A DNA stretch of 64,000 nucleotides from NCBI GenBank assembly GCA_026770705.1, contig JANJGN010000071.1, positions 2,046,001 to 2,110,000 of the forward strand. The letters are read 5' to 3'. The notes beneath the pieces are model-generated. The model made no database searches. It saw nothing but the letters and a program-made list of their open reading frames with translations, and was not told where the DNA came from. The position numbers were made by a program, and so were the translations under genes. Source of the DNA: Isurus oxyrinchus. Lineage: Eukaryota. Positions 60,940-64,000 of the stretch are shown here, piece by piece. Each line of letters opens with the position of its first letter. The first letter of the stretch is position 1.

Positions 60940-63479
60940 ACCCTGGCCTCATTCACGCAAGGTCATCCTGCACCATGCCACAGCCTCTCCCCTCCTTATC
61001 TACTGCTTAGCAATCTATTTCACACAGGCCCTGTTCATTAATCCAACTGAAACTTTACCTGCGTTTTACAGCAGGGAAAGAAGCCATTCGGCCCATCTGT
61101 TCCATGCTGGTGTTTCTGCTCCACACGAGTCTCCGCCCACCCCTTCTCCATCTCACCCCATCACCATATCCTTCTATTCATTTCTCCCTCGTGTGTTTAT
61201 CCAGCTTCCCCTTAAATACATCGACACTATTCACCTCACGTGACTGTGTTTGTGTCTGTCTTTATGAGCATGTGTGTGTGACTGTCAATATGTGTGTGTC
61301 AATGTGAATGTGTGTGATTGTGTCAGCGTGTGTGTGTGTATGTGTGACTGTCAGTGCGTGTCAATGTGAATGTGTGTGATTGTGTCAGCGTGTATGTGTG
61401 TGTGTGTGTGTGTGTGACTGTGTCAGTGTGTGTCAATGTGAATGAGTGAGTGTGTCAGTGTGTCTGTGTGGGTGTGTGTGACTGTGTCAGTGTGTGTCAA
61501 TGTGAATGAGTGAGTGTGTCAGTGTGTCTGTGTGGGTGTGTGTGACTGTGTCAGTGTGTGTCAATGTGAATGAGTGAGTGTGTCAGTGTGTCTGTGTGGG
61601 TGTGGGTGTGTGAGTGTGCAAGTGAATGTGTGAGGAATCTTATGACTAAGTCATTTGAATGGATGTTACTGGGGTTAATGATAGTTAAAATTCAGAGAGA
61701 TGTAAAGCGGGCTCCTGATTTTGCTGCTTTATGCTCCCGGGCACAGATTCACCCCGACAATGTGTTCATGATTCACCATCATCTTGTCGGGACTTTAATT
61801 GCAAAGATTATGATTTGTAAAAAAAAATGAATAAACAACTTTTGTCTTCACAAAGTGTCTGGCTTGGTATTTCAGGCTACTTGTCTCCCCCTATCCCTCC
61901 CCCCCACCATGCCCCCCACACCAGGGAACAATTGTCCCCCCTTCCTCTGAAGTTCTGGGTAAAGATCAGCTTTGTTCAATGCAAAATGTTCCGACATCGA
62001 GAACGTTGTTACAAATATCACACAAAGGGCACACGCCATGATAGCCCACTTTCAACAGATTTTACCAGTTGACCAGGTTGAAAACCTTTTCATAAACCAC
62101 AACGTAGGTGTTCAATTCTTGCTGCTGTTTGCTTAATGTTCTCATAACTGCTATAACCTCTCTAGTTCCACTACATAACAACACCAACATAAATAAACAG
62201 AAGCAGGAGTAGGCCTTTTGGCCCCCCAAGCCTGCTTGTCCATTCAATTTGAACCTGGCTCCTGCTGAAAGTTATTTAAGTTGAAGCGATAAAGCCATCA
62301 GGTGCAGGGATTAAAATGTAAGCAAAGGAAAAATAATACTTAGAGATGAGATTTAAAATCAGTTTCTGTCAAGTATCATAGTGAGGCCCATTGCTCTGGA
62401 TTCCTTCTTTCCAGAGTGAAGGGTTTGATGCTAGGAGTCACATTCAGCAGCTGCATTGTCTTCTCTAGTCGACTGTTTGGAGGTTGCCTGTAGATGTGAA
62501 TCAGCAGGTCAGCAGCTTTGAGGAGTGAGTGAAGGTCCCTTTTATTTACAGGATCTGCCACAGGATGTGTAGGAATATTCCTGCTGAATCCCCCATCCTT
62601 GTATTCATGAAGGTTTTGAAACTGGAAGTCATATTCAGCAGCTGCAATGGCCTTTGTAGTCAACTGTCTGGAGGTTGCCTGTACAGGTGGACTCGGCATG
62701 TCAACAGCTTTGTTGGGCGGGGGGGTGCACGGGTAGTGAAGGTCCCCTTTCTTTAAAGGCTCTGCCAGCGCAAAACTTGATGATCCTGGGTCAAAATCAT
62801 GTATCACCCTCCCCAAAAGCACTGTGGGTGTGACCTATGGAGGTTCCTTGGCTTCGACAAGCAGCCTACCAGCTCTGCTCTCAATTCCTCTTCACACTTG
62901 CTTCCTTCCTCCTCTGGTCTTTACTTTGTTATAGTGTTAGTGTCCGCTCTGCCTTTTTTGTAGCTTTCCCAATTCTTCCCACCAACTCTCTCTGGCTTGA
63001 TCCTTCTCTGTGCTCATCTCATTGGTTTGGGTTTCTATCCGTTCATTGACCTGGTGTAATCTGAAACTGGTGCAATCAGGTAGGGGTGGGGGGGTTGGCG
63101 CTGGCCGTGGGTGGTGATACACGGCTACCTTTTTACCAAAATTCTTTCACGGGATGTGGACAGCGTTTGTTACCTGTTCCAGACTGACCCCTTGAGAAGG
63201 GGGTGCTGAGCTGCCTTTTCGAAGTGCTGCAGTTCGCCTGGTTTGACTGGTCTGTGGCGGGTTTTGATATAACTCAGTGGCTTGCTCGGCCATTTCAGGG
63301 GCCAGTTAAGAGTCAACCACATTGCTGTGGGTCAGGAGTCACACGTAGGCCAGAATGGGTAAGGACGGCAGGTTTCCTTCCCCAAAGGGCATTAGTGACC
63401 CAGATGGGTTTTTGCAACAATTGGCCTTAGTTTCATGGTCACCATTACTGAGACTAGCTTCGCATTCCAGATGTCACAT

Positions 63480-64000
63480 CCAGTCGTGGACAATCAAACA
63501 ACTCACTGGAGGAGGAGTCTCCACAAATATCCCCATCCTCAATGATGGAGGAGCCCAGCACATCGGTGCAAAAGACAAGACTGAAGCATGCGCAACAATC
63601 TTCAGCCAGAAGTGCTGAGTGGGTGATCCATCTCGGCCTCCTCCGGAGGTCCCCAGCATCAGAGATGCCAATCTTTAGCCAATTCGATTAATTCCACTTG
63701 ATATCAAGAAAGGGCTGAAGGCACTGGATATTGTAAATGCTCCAGGCCCTGAAAATATTCCGGCAATAGTACTGAAGACTTGTGCTCCAGAACTTGCTGC
63801 ACCCCTAGCCAAGCTTTTCTGGAATTTTCTAGTACAGCTGCAACACTGGCAACTACCCGGCTATGGGTTACGTCCTGTACACAAAAAGCAGGACAAATCC
63901 AACCCAGCCAATTCCCCAGCAGTCTATTCTTGATCATTACTAAAGTGATGGAAGGGGTCATCAACAGCGCTTTCAAGCAGCACCTGCTTAGCAAGAACCT
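63480..64000 (+). mobile_element. CR1-family LINE ORF2 fragment
   Basis: NIPILNDGGAQHIGAKDKTEACATIFSQKC...VLKTCAPELAAPLAKL. Confidence 0.75.

Overview
Eukaryotic, repeat-rich vertebrate DNA. The repeat content (CR1 LINEs, Penelope, Gypsy, tRNA-SINEs, Deu-SINE-like 33-bp arrays) suggests a cartilaginous fish; this is inference. The window has six assembly gaps, and most entries in the ORF track are repeat or microsatellite noise. Reading exon/intron structure directly gives an immune locus, all on the + strand. (1) Siglec/MAG-like gene A (~2.7-14.8 kb): V-set domain with the sialic-acid-binding Arg (YFFRIE), a domain-2 exon cut by retroelement DNA, a C2 exon, a MAG-domain-5-like exon, TM and a tyrosine-motif tail. 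(2) Its recent tandem paralog, gene B (~18.6-36.4 kb): one 282-nt C2-set exon has been amplified into at least 7 intact near-identical copies, the membrane-proximal domain is deleted, and the ITIM/ITSM tail is frameshifted. (3) A divergent Siglec-1/CD22-like gene C (~50-51.2 kb) whose V exon is truncated by Gypsy sequence. (4) A three-exon hepcidin (HAMP)-like gene (56.6-60.9 kb) whose mature peptide is absent from the ORF track. It has a TATA box and a GGCGCC BMP-response-like element, and encodes an atypical 8-Cys peptide with no DTHFP/QSHL N-terminus and an extended loop carrying an N-glycosylation sequon. The hepcidin-Siglec neighbourhood mirrors the mammalian HAMP-MAG-CD22 linkage.
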